From assembly GCA_051294375.1 (NCBI GenBank), contig CM119269.1:1628537-1692536 (forward strand): 64,000 nucleotides of DNA. The letters are read 5' to 3'. The DNA is from Paraspadella gotoi (Eukaryota > Animalia > Chaetognatha). The translations under genes and the position numbers were made by a program. Shown in pieces: positions 38,301 to 62,756 of the stretch. The notes beneath the pieces were generated by a model. It had not been told where the DNA came from. It searched no databases and saw only the letters and a program-made list of their open reading frames with translations. Numbering within the stretch: the first letter of the stretch is position 1; the number at the start of each line of letters is the position of its first letter.

Positions 38301-40873
38301 CGAACCGGGAAAACCTTGGGTGAAACTGCCGATACTGACTCCGGCCCAGGTGAGTGATCGATTGATTGATATTTTTCTACCGTTTGCTTCTGTAACGAAT
38401 GCTTTATTAAACTTTATTCAACAGATCGTCGCCGCTCGTAAAATTAAGAAATACTTAACCGGGCGTTTGGACGCGCCGGTTATCAGTTATCCACCCTTCC
38501 CAGGTTAATCGAGTCGAAAATATTAACCAAGCGATGACAGTCGCTATGAGAGTCTATATGTCCGTCCGTCTTTTTTATTTTATTACGAATTATTACGAAA
38601 TATTACGAATAATTATGCTTCATATGCTATCTAACCCAGTTACCGCCAAAAAAAAAGACATAATTTCTAGCTTACTGAAAAAAAATATTTTAGAAATTTT
38701 TAGCATTGTTTCAGATTAAATTTTTTTAAGGTCCGGGATCACTCAATTCAAATTATAATTAGGCTAAAACAGAGCTCGGATTTCGAAAGGAGAGCTCCTG
38801 ACGATTCTGAAAATGTATGCACTTTACTATTTTTTCAAAGGCGTTATCGTTTTTTCGATTTTTTTTGTACTATATAAAATAAAAGAAACCTATTTGAAGA
38901 GTTGCAGCCCAAACGGTAAGGCGGTTTCTCATAAAATTTGGCATGAATTACCTTTAGGTCACGAACTCCATTTCTATGAAAAGATACTTTCAAAATTTGC
39001 CATCCTTCATTGAAAATTTGATTATTTTAGTCAATTTTTGGGAATTATTCCTTGAGTATCTTTGAAAAAGAAAAACATTTTCCAAAACGGCGCTACATAG
39101 AATCTCCCCACACCTTTCCTTTCTTGCCCAAGATATTTTTTTCTTTAAGAAGGAGTCCAACGGTTGAGCTGCAACTCTTCGGTTTTTAACTTCACTTTGT
39201 CAAGAAAGTGAAATTCTGTACTCCATATCTTTTGCAAGATCAAATACACAACATACACAAGCACGGGAGTGATGATGGAGTTTGTTCAACGTTGATGTCT
39301 TAAAAAAAATGGCCTTACCTGTTTTTATTTTTTTTTTTAATTCAGATTTGATTTTATTTTAGTGATCTCCCTAAGAAAAATAGGGCAACTATTTTATGAT
39401 ATAAACATTTACATAAGGTAAAAAGTTAAATTGAAATAAATTCGATAAGTTTTTTAACTCATAAAACTCATAAAATCATAAAAACCCGTCTGGAAAATGT
39501 GTAGAGTAGTTTATTTTAGACTTATTAGTGATACAACTCCAAGTATGTACTTGTACCAAAAGAAGAATTAAATATAAGAAGTAGAAATTGAGCTTACTAT
39601 AAAGAATCAGTTTTAAGTTAAAAATTTGGTTTTAGAAATTCAGCTTACATTTAAAAAAATATTTTTTTCTTGAAAATCTAGTTTTACCGAAGAAAAAATT
39701 TTGATTAAATTTTTATGAACATTTTAAGTAGATTTTTAAAAGTTTTTGATTATTTTTTAATAGAAAACCTCTTACAAGATGTGAGAAAATGATTAAGATA
39801 ACCTAAAATTGTAAAAATCTTAATTTACTTTGAGTGATCCCTGGCCTTAAGCTCCTAGTTTTTACCAATGTATTCTTAGATAATAAAAAAAAAATACTTT
39901 CCCTAAAAATATCTCGCCGAAAGCAAAAAATTAAAAAAAAAAAAAGAAGATAAATATTACATAATCCCCGTTCGACCCTCCCGCCCTCTTCAGGCAACGA
40001 GTCCAACTACCTCCGCGCCCAAATCGCTCGAGTCTCCGCCGGCACCCACGTCTCTCCGCTCGGCTTCTATCAGTTCGATGAGGAGGAGGAGGAGGAAGAG
40101 GACGGGGAAGGCGCCGGACGAGACTCGTTCGTCGTCAACATGGACTTCGAAGGGATTCCCGTCAAGGAGCTGGCCGACCCCGCCCTCTCCAACTGGGTCC
40201 ACCACGTCCAGCACATCCTGCCGCAGGGGAGGTGCACTTGGTGGAATCCGATTCAGGCACGTCGGGGGTTTTTTTGGTGGTGGTGGTGGTGTTGTTGTTG
40301 TTGTTATTGTTATTGTTGTTGTTNNNNNNNNNNTTGTTATTTGTAAGTAAAGGTGCCAGAAGAAAGAGAAAACAGAGGTTGTACCACGAAAGTGAATATG
40401 GGAAATTAATTATTACTAAGCGTTTTCAGCTTTTAGGCTTTTATTGTTGATGAAATGGTGTGCGGACAGCGAATGGGTTTTTTTTTTCTTTTAGTTAAGG
40501 AAAGTTAACGAGAATTTCGTCAGTCACAAAGACAACAAAAAAGACAACCAGGACAACAACAAAGACAACAACCAAGACAACAACCAAGACAACAACAAAG
40601 ACAACGACACCAACGACAACAACAAAGCCTTCGCTCGTCGTCAAAAAAGCCGGAAGTGACGTCTGCTTTCAGCGTCGTTGATGCGTCGCGCACGTGACTC
40701 TGGTTTTTCTTACTTTATTTTTTGGAAGGGGGTCAAGGGTCAGGGATGCGGAAGTTCGAGAGAAGCGATAGATGCTGAAACTTTTTTTAAGACAGAAAAC
40801 TAAACTTTTTAGTATTATTTATTTATTTATAATTTTATTTATGGGAGAAAAGGAAAATAAGAAAAGAAAAAAA

Positions 40874-40941
<68 letters not shown>

Positions 40942-41043
40942 AAAAAAAGAAATAAAGAAAGAAAAAAAGACAGACAGACAGACAAGCCTTGTGACGTCAT
41001 ACTCGCTCTCTGTCGACCTTGTCTAGCGTGAACGAGAATTAAG

Positions 41044-41111
<68 letters not shown>

Positions 41112-44100
41112 TTTTTGAACTCCTATTGTTATTGCACATCATTTGATCGCTAAAGTGTAACGAAATAAGCGCGAGCTTTTGTTCGCTGCCGCTGGAGGCG
41201 CAATTGTTATCTTTTTATGATATTTCGCCGTCTTATGTTTTGAATATTTGATTTAAAAGTTATAAAAATTCATGGAAAGTAAATGAGGTAGAAAACGGAC
41301 AACAAAACCTAAAATATACCCAACAAAATTACGGAGTAAACTACCACAAATTGCTTAAGCTTCTAAGTTTTAAACTTTAACTTGTCCAAAATACTAAATG
41401 CATAAATAATAGAGAAATAAATCTCTGCGTACGTTCAACTCGACCAAAAAAAAAAAAGAAATGAAAAATGATAGATGAAGATAATTTTTTTTTTAAATTA
41501 AGTGAAAATTGAAAAAACAAATGACATGGCGTCACCAGGCAACGGATAAACTCGTCGGGCGGAAAGAAAAACGTCGATGATTTAGTGACGTTCTGTCGAC
41601 CGAGTCGTCACGCCCTCTTTAGCCAAGACCGCGACGCAAACATTTCCCGTCTCCCGTCCGCTTCTGCCGAGCGGGCTCCACCTCTCTCGGTCCCGCCCTC
41701 CGTCTCCACCGTTTCCCAATCCTTTTTTGTTGTTGTTGTTGTTGTTGTCATTCTTGTTTGGTCGTCGTCGTCGTCGTCGTCGTCGCCCTCGGCGGAGTTA
41801 TTTTTAGATCACTTCAACGCTCACACGTTTTTCTCAGTTGGCGTCACAAAGTGAGTTAATCGCAAGATTGGATTTTTCACCAGTCGTGATTCACTTTTCG
41901 CCGTCGCAAACAAATCGAATGGCAAATAAAGTCGCGTAAAGTATATATAATTATAAATATATTGTAGCGGTATATTCACACCGCCTCACGTCCACCATTG
42001 TTCAGCCAAATCCATTGGCTCAGAGGGGCTATACACCATCCCAGGCGTAGTTTTCCATCCACAGTCCTAACGACTTCCAGAATCGAAGGCCTGTAGACGA
42101 CGCGGGTCTCCAGCTTCTCTTCTCTCTCTTTTCCTCCTCCCTCTTCTGCGTTGGCAAAGCGAGACCGTCCTAGGGTAACCGCGCCAGTGACTGGATGCGT
42201 TTCTGAGGGACGGAAGCCCCCAAAGCCGACAGTGAGATGCCCCATGTTAATGTCACAGGCAACCCGGATGTTGCCATAATATATTGTATATACTTACTAT
42301 TCCCCGTATTTTAATGTAGTATGCGTACTTTCACTTTTTTATATGTAATCTCCATTGGCTCTTTTTCATCGACCCAAACCCTTCCCAATTCCATCTCGCC
42401 CGCTCTCCACCCACCGGCCGCCATTTTGATAATCTCTAATCCTCTAATCTCCTCTAATCTCCTCTAATCTCAAACGGACGTCATCTTTCGCCCGCTGACG
42501 TCGTTGAGCCAAAATAAGTGAGATATTTAACGCTCTTTGTTCCCGGCTTTTTTCTTTGATAATTTTCTTTGTTTGTGGAATATTTCCGCAGAAATATCAG
42601 GCAAACTTTATTGCAATCAACTCTTGAGATAATTCGTAATTGGCCTTAAGTTATTGCAATTAGACGACGACGCGAAACTATCGATAAAACGACAAATTGA
42701 AGTGACTAAAGCAAAACAAAAAAAAAACAATTGGAGAAACCCCCAAGCCGTAGCGTTTTAAGAATTCTATCGGCTAAACAATTCCCGGGAAAGATTGCAA
42801 ACAAAGGAAGTCTCGACAATCTTTGTGAGGCAGCGCCATGGAAGCAAATGGCGGAGAAGAAGCGAATTGAGGCAGAGAAAAGGACAAACAAAAGAACGTT
42901 CGTCTGCGACTCTCAATTTAAGCGGCCTCTTTGGCGAAGAAGCGGAGGCTGTCAAGACGTGATTGGAAAGTTCGGGTATCGCGTCCTGGTCAGTCCAGCT
43001 TTGGTTGGCGGTATATGTCGGTATATGTCGTCGTACTTTCCTCTATCACAAAAGGAACTACTAATTTGGATTAAAGTACTATCTAGGAAAAAAGTATATC
43101 ACATTTTTAATCGAGGATATCTACTTAAAAACTTATTTGATTTAAAAAAAATTAAAATGTTTTTAAATTTACATTAAATTATTTTTTAGTAGCTTCTTTC
43201 CATTTTTTGTTGATCAAATCGTTTAGAAGTTACAGGCAAAGAAAAGAGGTAAAGACGCGCAACATCAAAATCGAGACTGAAAAGATTTGTGTTAAAAATG
43301 TGGAAAAACATTTCACTGTTATACCTCAATTCGCTGTATAAGAGCATGCCCAGACGAATGTTAGCAGTAATCGATGCTGAGGGACGGCATACCAAATATT
43401 GAGAATATTCTACTCATGTTTTATATATTTTTTATTGAATAAATAAACGTTTCGACAATTATGAGATATACTTTTTTTCCTAGATAGTAACCAACTTTCT
43501 CAAATTTGAACGGACAAATGACTTTTATTTCGTTTCCGGCAAGCAACAACGACGACAACGACAAACATTAAACCAAGCGGCGGATCCGACCAGAGACATT
43601 TGTAATTTATTTATGAGGTTTTGGCCGGTTGTTTGCCGAAGCGTTCAGCGGATAATGAGTTCCTAACCCCCTCCCCTTTTTTTTCTTTTTCTATGCTACT
43701 CGTTTCCTTTTTCCTTCATTTTCTTTTCCCTCCCCTTAATTTCTTTTCCTTCTCTCTTTTTTTTAAACTTTACTTATTCTTTTTATTTTCTTTATCCTCT
43801 CTTTTCTTTTTTTATCTTCTCAATTCTTTTCTTTCTTTTTCTTTTTCATTCTTATCTTCTAAAATTCTATTTATTTCTTTCTTTTTTTTGTTATCCTCCC
43901 CCATTTCTCTATGATTCTTTACTCCTTAACATTACTCTTTTCTTCCCTAACATTTCCTCCCTTCCTTTCCTTTCCTTTCCTTTCCCCCCTCCTTTCCTCC
44001 CCTAACATTTCCTCCCCTCCTTTACTCCCTAACATTTTCCTCCCTTCCTTTCCTTTCCTTTCCTCCCCTCCTTTCCTCCCTAACATTTCCTCCCCTCCTT

Positions 44101-45434
44101 TACTCCCTAACATTTCCTCCCTTCCCTTTCCTTTCCTTTCCTCCCCTCCTTTCCTCCCTAACATTTTCCTTCCCTCCTTTTCCTCCCTAACATTTCCTCT
44201 CTTCCTTTCCTTTCCTTTCCTCCCTAACATTTCCTCCCCTCTTTTCCTCCCTAACATTTCCTCCCTTCCTTTCCTTTCCTTTCCTTTCCTCCCCTCCCTA
44301 ACATTTCCTCCCCTCCTTTCCTCCTTCCAGCATTCGGCCGAGGACTTTGACGAGGAGGAGGAAGAGGAGGAGAGGGAGGAGCCGGACGAACCGGAGCCGG
44401 AAACGGGTCCTCAGCTGTTGACGCCGCTCTCCGAGGACGCGGAGGTGGAGAGCATGCCGCCGTGGACGCCGAGGTGTGCGTTGGGGGGGGAGGTTGGAGA
44501 AGGAGAAGGGAGAGGATGGGGTGGGGTGGGGTCGAGCGATAAGCGATGGAGGAGTCAAATAATTTAATCGGATTAATACATTTGGATTAATTGATTTGGA
44601 TTAATGGATTTGGATTAATGGATTTGGATTAATGGATTTGGATTAATGGATTTGGATTAATGGATTTGGATTAATGGACTTTTGGACGACATTTACAATT
44701 TCCCGGTTTCACGTATCTTATGGTCGATGGCCGTGACGACTTAAAAAATAATTAATTTCATTTTCTTTTGTCGCTTAAACCTCGAAAATAAAATTTTGAT
44801 TATTTAATGTTTTCAGATTGTCGTCAAACTTGATTCCGCAATACGCCATCGCCGTTCTTCATTCCAATCTCTGGCCAGGTATACATGTTTATATATATAT
44901 ATATGTTTCAAGAATTAAATTGATTATACAATTAAAAAGTCAAGGTAACCAAATAAAGTAATAAAAATTGATGGATGGTTATTGGTTAATCAAAAGGACA
45001 CTAAAAAAAAAATCTAGGATGGAATTACTTAATTAAGGCGCCCACGCGTTTTCGACGGGAAAGAAATTCGAAAACATCTACATCGGTTGGGGACACAAGT
45101 ACATCGCCGACAATTACAGGTAAGTCTCGACCCTGTGAGCTTTTACGTAACTTCTTTACCCAGTCGATCGATCGATGAACCGACGGATGAATAAATATAT
45201 CGATAAATAAGTAAACCCTATATATATTTATACAATCAATCGATCGATCAATCCTCCCCTAGCCCCCCGCCCCCCGCCGGCGTCATGGACGAATACTCCT
45301 CGGGACCGGAAATCACGGAGGCGGAAGATCCGACGCCGGAGGAGGAGGCGGCGCTGCGGGCGGCGCAGCAGGAAGCTGCGGAGAACGCTGAGGAGGCGGA
45401 GGAGGGCGACGACGACGAGGACGAGGACGATTGA
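35137..45434 (+). CDS. RSPH4A: Radial spoke head protein 4/6 homolog (RSPH4A/RSPH6A family)
   Basis: Exons 35137-about 35250 ([12 protein letters not shown], frameshifted), 35839-35951, 36273-36319, 36962-37050, 37445-37479, 37563-37819 ([18 protein letters not shown]), 38246-38349 ([14 protein letters not shown]), 38425-38503, 39994-40256 ([31 protein letters not shown]), 44331-44473, 44817-44878 (SNLWP), 45038-45119 ([12 protein letters not shown]) and 45263-45434 ([15 protein letters not shown]). Confidence 0.95.
35953..36210. repeat. 19-bp intronic minisatellite (TGAATTGAAAGCGAAAGGA), about 13 copies
   Basis: Tandem units starting at the donor of RSPH4/6 exon 2; source of the [22 protein letters not shown] repeat. 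Confidence 0.95.
38730..39846. mobile_element. ~1.1-kb non-autonomous DNA transposon with TTAA target duplication, Kolobok-like
   Basis: TTAA|GGTCCGGGATCACTCAA...TTGAGTGATCCCTGGCC|TTAA (17-bp TIR, 2 mismatches). The element is absent at the matching site (about 47308) in the duplicate copy. Confidence 0.8.
41972..42281 (-). mobile_element. Dispersed repeat, copy 2 of the 4938-5172 family, with a ~70-bp internal insert
   Basis: Reverse-complement homology to 4938-5172; extra segment at about 42080-42148. Confidence 0.75.
43940..44325. repeat. Pyrimidine-rich compound minisatellite (CCCTAACATTTCCTCCC core)
   Basis: Repeated core upstream of the acceptor at 44330. A separate 14-bp TTTGGATTAATGGA array lies at about 44580-44680. 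Confidence 0.9.
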
Positions 45435-46255
45435 GGAGGAAGAGGAGACGAGGGGGGGGGTGAGGGAGAAAGACGCGATGAATAGCGGGTGTGACTCGCG
45501 TCTTAAACGGAGTCTTATTTGTGTTGTTGTTGTTATCATTTTTGTTATTGTTTTTGTCGTTAGCGGTTGTTTTCATTTCGCGAATGGCATCCGCCCTCTT
45601 TGGTCAGTTATTTGGTTATCTATCGTATTAAGATTATTTGTAACACAAACCAAAAAAAAAATAATAAAAGCTGAAAGAAATTTCGATTTCTACTTTCGTT
45701 GATGTCGTCTCGTTGTTGTTTCGTGGTTACTTTTTGTTTTTTTGTTGTTGTTTTTTGTTGTTTTTTTTTTCTAATTCGAAACCAATACCTGTTTGTGAAA
45801 TATTATTTCTACAAAAAGTTTAATTTGTGAAATCATTCAATTATTTGACGCGTCATTTCACTCAATGTCCGTGACTCTTCCCTTCTCCCACTCTCCTCTT
45901 TTATATTTCGTCTCTCAATTTTGAATCACGAATTATTTCGACAAAAAAAGTTCCTCTCACAAAAACTCGTTGTAGTCGGCCTCCGAAGTTTACGCTGTAC
46001 ACTATACTATACAGGGTGACGCCGTTAAAAAAACTTTGTTTCGAAAGCGATAAAGTTGTTTTTTTTAAGGCGTCACTTAAATAAAATTTGTAAATATTTT
46101 CAAAGCAATATTATTCCTTCTGTGTTGTGTTCTCTCGAATTTAAAAAAAAATAAGTACATTAATATATTTCTGAAACGTATTTTGCAGTTAATATTGTTT
46201 TGTTTTGATTGGGTTTTTTAAACTTTGAACTGTGATATCTTTCGGATGATCGGCC

Positions 46256-57040
<10,785 letters not shown>

Positions 57041-57452
57041 TTGGAGATATTCCTTTAAGAATTGATTCAAACGATTTTAACGTCTCCTTCTTTGGGCTCA
57101 ACACGAGAAAAGAATCTAATCCGAACCATGTCTTGCCAAATTTATGTTTTTAACCGTTTCTTGGTTGTTTTTTTTACGAATAAATGATATCTGACGTTTT
57201 CTTTTTCTTTTTTTTTCTATCTTGCATGAAAAACAGAGAAAGATTGAACACACACAAAAAAGAATGAAGTCATGTTAATACTTTTTAAACTTATGCTCAG
57301 AAAGAAGGGAAGAAAAAAAAATAAGAGAGAAATTGAGAGAACTTGTTCTTGAAAGAAATCAGGAAAGCAAGCAAGCAAGCAAGCAAGCAAGCGGGTAAGC
57401 AAGATTCGATGGACCAAAAAAAAAAGGNNNNNNNNNNNNNNNNNNNNNNNNN

Positions 57453-58522
57453 TGGGTTTCCGTCTACTATGATTCACTTTTAATATTTTTCATTATCCTC
57501 AAAAACAAGCCAATTGGTCTTGCGGGGGCTAATCCTCTAAACCCTCCCATTTTTAATTGTATAATAATTTATTTTATATTTATATATAATTATAACATTA
57601 CTTTCCTCCGCTTTAAGTTAACATCTTTCTCTGTTACAACTTAAGTAAAAAAACAAAGACGTAACTTAGGGTACATACTAAAATGTATGCTTCATTTGTG
57701 ATGATCAATCAAAACCTTTTTTTTCGAATCCAATATCGATTTTAATTCACCTTCCCATTATTTTCTCCCCAGATTTCAATTTTCTCCGAGAGCAATAGCA
57801 ACACATCTAGTCCCAGTAAAAAGCAACGACGGCACGCGGAATATCACCGCAACAGCCTCGTCTGTATTCGCAATATTATTGCCAATAAATAAAGATTAAG
57901 AAAAAATTTTTCTGTAAAATTGTAATATTAAAAAAACCGTTATTTGAGTAGCTTAGTGCTAGAAGTTAGTAAAGTAGACAATTGTAACTTAAAGGAATAA
58001 GCTTCAATACAGAAGTATAACTGACAACTTTTTGACCTGTTTGCTAACACTAAAGAAACACAGATGAGAATTAAGAAAGAGCTCAAAATGAGCTGGCCCC
58101 CTTGGTGGAACAAATGGGGGACAGGGCGTGTGGCCGGGTCATGAGTTATAAAGCATGGTGTAAATCCTTTCTGTTTCGTTATAAAGACAAACAAACAAAA
58201 CGAAATGGGAGCGAAACCATTTGACGAAATAAAATAAAATAAAATTACGAGACAACTAAAAGGTTTAATTTATTTTGAAAAATCTATTAATATCTTTATT
58301 TAAATCTATTTATAACTTTATTTAAATTTTTTTTATCTTTTTTAAATCTTTTATATCTTTATTTAAATCTATTTATATCTTATTTAACATCTATTTATAT
58401 CTCTTCTGTGTCGCTCTCTTTACCATTCTGCTTGAACCCAATGACCCTTCTTTCTTTTTTTTATCAGGTTTGCCTTTCTCTGTCAATCTCTCCTTCTCTC
58501 TCCTCTCTCTCTCTCCTCGTCT

Positions 58523-58555
<33 letters not shown>

Positions 58556-59356
58556 CTCTCTTCTCTCTTCTTCTTTCCTTCTTCCCTACCCGCCCTCCTT
58601 TTCTACTTCACTCTCCTATAATTTCGCGATAATCAGCCTTTTAAATTTCTCCTTCAGACTTTTCCTCTATGTTCTTTTGTTCTTTTTTCCTCCACAACCC
58701 CGTCTCCTTTTCCTCCCCTGTCTCCACGTAGCCACTCTTTTATTTTCTTATTCCCTTAGTCGTCGTGACCTCCGCCCACGCAAAAGCCAGCCCCCATCAG
58801 TTCGTCCGACTTTAGGAAGTGGGACGTCTCTCATCATCCTTCTTTTCTCTCTCTCCTATCTCTCTGCTCTCTCTCTGATCTCGTCTCTAACTCTCGTCTC
58901 GCTATTCTCCCGTCCTCTCTCTCTCTCTCTCTACTCTTCCGCACGGACCCCGCGCGATTACGCCTCCGGGTTCCTGCCCTACGAAAACTAGAATTCCTAC
59001 TTCACCCAACCTCAAATCCAGGTCGTCTCTGCCGCGGTCTCAATATCGAGTCGACGACGGTTTGACGCGTTTTATGCCTCCTGGCGGGGGAGAGAGAGAG
59101 TAGTAGGAGATCAGAAGAGACGAGTTTAGATCGTAAGGAGAGAGTGTATGACCGAGAGATAGTGACGAGAGAAGCAATGAAGAGAGATGAGTTAAAGAGA
59201 GAGAAAGGAATTTACTTCGCGGTCACCATCTCACGTCTGGCCACTTCCGGTTGATTCCGCTTTTGAAGCGAGGGGACAAAAAAGAAGCTAAAAAGATCAA
59301 GAACACCGTCTTCTCTCGTCTCTCTCTCTTTCTCTCGAATTTCTCATCTCTCTCTC

Positions 59357-59401
<45 letters not shown>

Positions 59402-59726
59402 CTCTCTCTCACTTACTCAGTCCTTGCGTTTCCCATCGAGTTTTATCTTCTTCTTGTCTATTATTCGCCTCGTTCCAGTCTCCTCCTCTGACTTTTTCCC
59501 ATCCTTATCTCCATCTCTCTCTCTAATCATGTATTCGTTTTTCACGTTTCTACTCAGCTCTCCCGGACGCAGCGTCACCGGAGCAGCGGCGCGCGGCTGC
59601 CGACCGACTCACTTCTCCTTTCCGGGCTTCTTCCGCTCTGATCGGGGAGATTTTTCTTTCTCTCGATTGGTGAGTCGGGCTTCTTCCCGGTCGGAAGTCC
59701 GAGCTGGATCGGGGCCGGATCTCTCT

Positions 59727-59768
<42 letters not shown>

Positions 59769-61049
59769 TCTTCTCTTGCTCTCTCTTGCTCTCTATTTCT
59801 ATCTTTAGCCAATTATTTAGCAATTTACTTATATCAGTATTTTTTTCAACCTATTATTTTTAAATTGAAAAATACATTTTTTTTTATTTAAGAATATTTT
59901 ACAGGTGCAAGGCTCGATTTTTATTCTACTTGATTTAAAAATTGTTGTGCTACTATTTACTCTTCATACGTTCCTGCGTTTAAACAAAAATGCAAATTAT
60001 ATATATAATCTTATTTGCGATCATTTTTTAATCCTTTATCATTATTTTCAATTGTTTTCAGCAATTTATCATTATTGTTAGATTTTATATCTTTTTTTAG
60101 TAATATTATTATTTTAGCTCAAAATCTTAAAATTTATAAAAAAGGAACAAATATAGCAATTTCACTCTGTTTATTTTAATTTTCTGTTAATATTCCTCAT
60201 ATTTTTCCCCCCGTTTCTTATACTTTCCTTTATTTATTTTTTGTTCATTGGTTTATTTTATTGTTTCAATTTTGTAATATTTTTTCATTCTTTTTCTGCT
60301 TTTTTCTTTCTTTTTTTCTTCTTTTTTCAAAAAGAAGACTTCCCGGATCCGCAGCGAACCCATTAATCGATCCGCTCGGAGCAGAGAGAAGAGACGGTGA
60401 CGTTTGACGAGGGTAAGAGAGAGAGAAAAGAGTAGTCAGTTGCTGCGGCTCCGACCGGATCGACTTTGCAAGCCGCGGCGGTATCCGGGAGGAGATAAGG
60501 AGAAGGAGAGGAAGAGGAGTAAAGAAAGCCGAGCGAAGTAAGTCGAAGACAGGGAGCAGCCGCTCTTGCCGCCGCGCGGCTTGCTCCCGAGGCTGCGCTG
60601 ATACGAGGCTTCTGAGATATAAGCCATGCACTTTTCTCTCTCTCTCTCTCTCTCTTCTCCTCTCTCTCTCTCTCTCTCTTCTCTCTTCTCTCTCTCTCTC
60701 TCCTTCTCCTTCTCTCTCTCTCTATTTCCGTTCGGTCGAAGGTTTGTTGACTTTTCCGGTCTCGGTCAATTTACTCCTTTTATGGTGTCCCCTCCTAAAG
60801 TGCGAACGATGGGGGCGTGGCTTTTGCGTGGGCGGAGGTCACGACAGACTAAGGGGAATAAGGAAATAAAAGAGTGGCTACGTGGGAGACAGGGGGAGGA
60901 AAAGGAGACGGGGTTGTGGAGGAAAAAAGAACAAAAGAACATAGAGGAAAAGTCTGAAGGAGAAATTAAAAGGCTGATTATCGCGAATTAAGGAGATTGA
61001 AGTAAAAAGGAGGGCGGGTAGGGAAGAGGAAAGAAGAGAGAGAGAGGAG

Positions 61050-61097
<48 letters not shown>

Positions 61098-62168
61098 CGA
61101 GGAGAGAGAGAGAGAGAGAGAGACAGAGAAGGCCAAACTGATAAAAGAAAGAAAGGGTCATTTGGGGTTCAAGCAGAAATGGTAAAGAGAGCGACAGAGA
61201 GAGATATAAATAGATTTAAATAAAGATATAAATAGATTTAAATAAAGATATAAATAGATTTAAATAAAGATATAAAAAGATTTAAATAAAGTTATAAATA
61301 GATTTAAATAAAGATATTAATAGATTTTTCAAAATAAAATTAAACCTTTTTTAGTTGTCTCGTAATTTTATTTTATTTTATTTCGTCAAATGGTTTTCGC
61401 TCCATTTCGTTTTGTTTGTTTGTCTTTATAACGAAACAGAAAGGATTTACACCATGCTTTATAAACTCATGACCCGGCCTCATCAGCCCTGTCCCCCATT
61501 TGTTCCACCAAGGGGGGCCAGCTCATTTTGAGCTCTTTCTTAATTCTCAATCTTGTTTTCTTTAGTGTTAGCAAACAAGGTCAAAAAGTTGTCAGTTATA
61601 CTTCTGTATTGAAGCTTTATCCTTTAAGTTACAATTGTCTACTTTTACTAACTTCTAGCACTAAGCTATCAAAATAACGGTTTTTTAATATTACAAATTT
61701 TACAGAAAAATTTTTTTCTTAAATTCTTTATTTATTGGCAATAATATTGCGAATACAGACGAGGCTGTTGCGGTGATATTCCGCGTTGCCGTCGTTGACT
61801 TTTTACTGGGACTAGATGTGTTGCTATTGCTCTCGGAGAAAATTGAAATCGGGGAGAAATAATGGGGAAGGTGAAATTAAAATCGATATTGGATTCGAAA
61901 AAAAGGTTTTGATTGATCATCACAAATGAAGCATACATTTTTAGTATGTACCTAAGTTACGTCTTTGTTTTTTTTACTTAAGTTGTAACAGAGAAAGATG
62001 TTCAACTTAAAGCGGAGGAAAGTAATGTTATAATTTATTAATTAATGTTATAATTTATTATAAGCAATTAAAAATGGGAGGGTTTAGAGGATTAGCCCCG
62101 CAAGACCAATTGCTTGTTTTTGAGGATAATGAAAAAAATATTAAAAGTGAATCACAGTAGACGGAACC
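57453..62168. repeat. Large inverted duplication: ~1.4-kb arms (57453-about 58825 and about 60787-62168) with a ~2-kb spacer
   Basis: GGTTTCCGTCTACTATGATTCACTTTTAATA at the left end mirrors TATTAAAAGTGAATCACAGTAGACGGAACC at the right end; homology is continuous with small indels. Confidence 0.9.
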
Positions 62169-62219
62169 AATCACTCGCCCTCAATCTAGCCCCACACGCT
62201 CGCCCTTCAGTTTATCTTC

Positions 62220-62233
62220 GTTTCCATAGCAAC
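62220..62233. promoter_or_regulatory. Canonical RFX X-box
   Basis: GTTTCCATAGCAAC, 31 bp before the ATG at 62265, with CCAAT boxes at about 62107 and 62167. Confidence 0.8.
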
Positions 62234-62264
62234 CGTAGGCGGTGTCACTGTACGCGATTCCAAA

Positions 62265-62355
62265 ATGCGACTTGAGAACGTCCTTCGTCGACGCCGCAAG
62301 AAACGGGGTCCGCCCAGCGTCGCTTGGATAAGCGGCGAGCGGCAGATGAAGTTCT
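62265..62355 (+). CDS. First coding exon of a probable ciliary gene, possibly CPLANE1/JBTS17-like; continues at about 63533
   Basis: MRLENVLRRRRKKRGPPSVAWISGERQMKF followed by a GTGAGT donor. A phase-compatible acceptor at about 63532 gives FVDFDFLPP.. . The resemblance to the CPLANE1 N-terminus is recalled and weak. Confidence 0.4.
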
Positions 62356-62488
62356 GTGAGTTGAGGAATAAACAGAGTCTCTGGCCAAACCCAGTCTCTG
62401 GCCAAACCCAGTCTCTGGCCAAACGCCTCGTTAGATTGACGGATCCTTTTTTCGACTGAAGGTGCAGATAATTTCATTTCATATAATT

Positions 62489-62756
62489 CCCACCCAAAAA
62501 TCTTGTCGATTAATCATTTTTATCATATCAGAACATCGAATTAAAAAACTAATTAATTATTTATGCAAAAAAAAAAATGTCCGTCCATCCATCTATCCGT
62601 TCGTCCGTCCGTCCGTCTGTCCATTCGTCCTCCATTAGCATTAAACTCCTATTACTCAAATGCTAAGTGGGACGGACGGACGAATTTATAATAATTTATC
62701 ATAATTTGAGGTTCTGATATGATAAAAATGATTTACCGACAAGATTTTGGGGTGGG
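62489..62756. mobile_element. Palindromic MITE-like element
   Basis: CCCACCCAAAAATCTTGTCG..ATCATATCAGAAC pairs with GTTCTGATATGAT..CGACAAGATTTTGGGGTGGG; inner TCGTCCGTCC/GGACGGACGA and TTAGCATT/AATGCTAA stems. Confidence 0.65.

Noticed and set aside
43370-43460. Third hammerhead (GCTGAGGGA..AAACGTTTCG)
   Set aside because: The core boxes cannot be assembled in the right order with a helix II.
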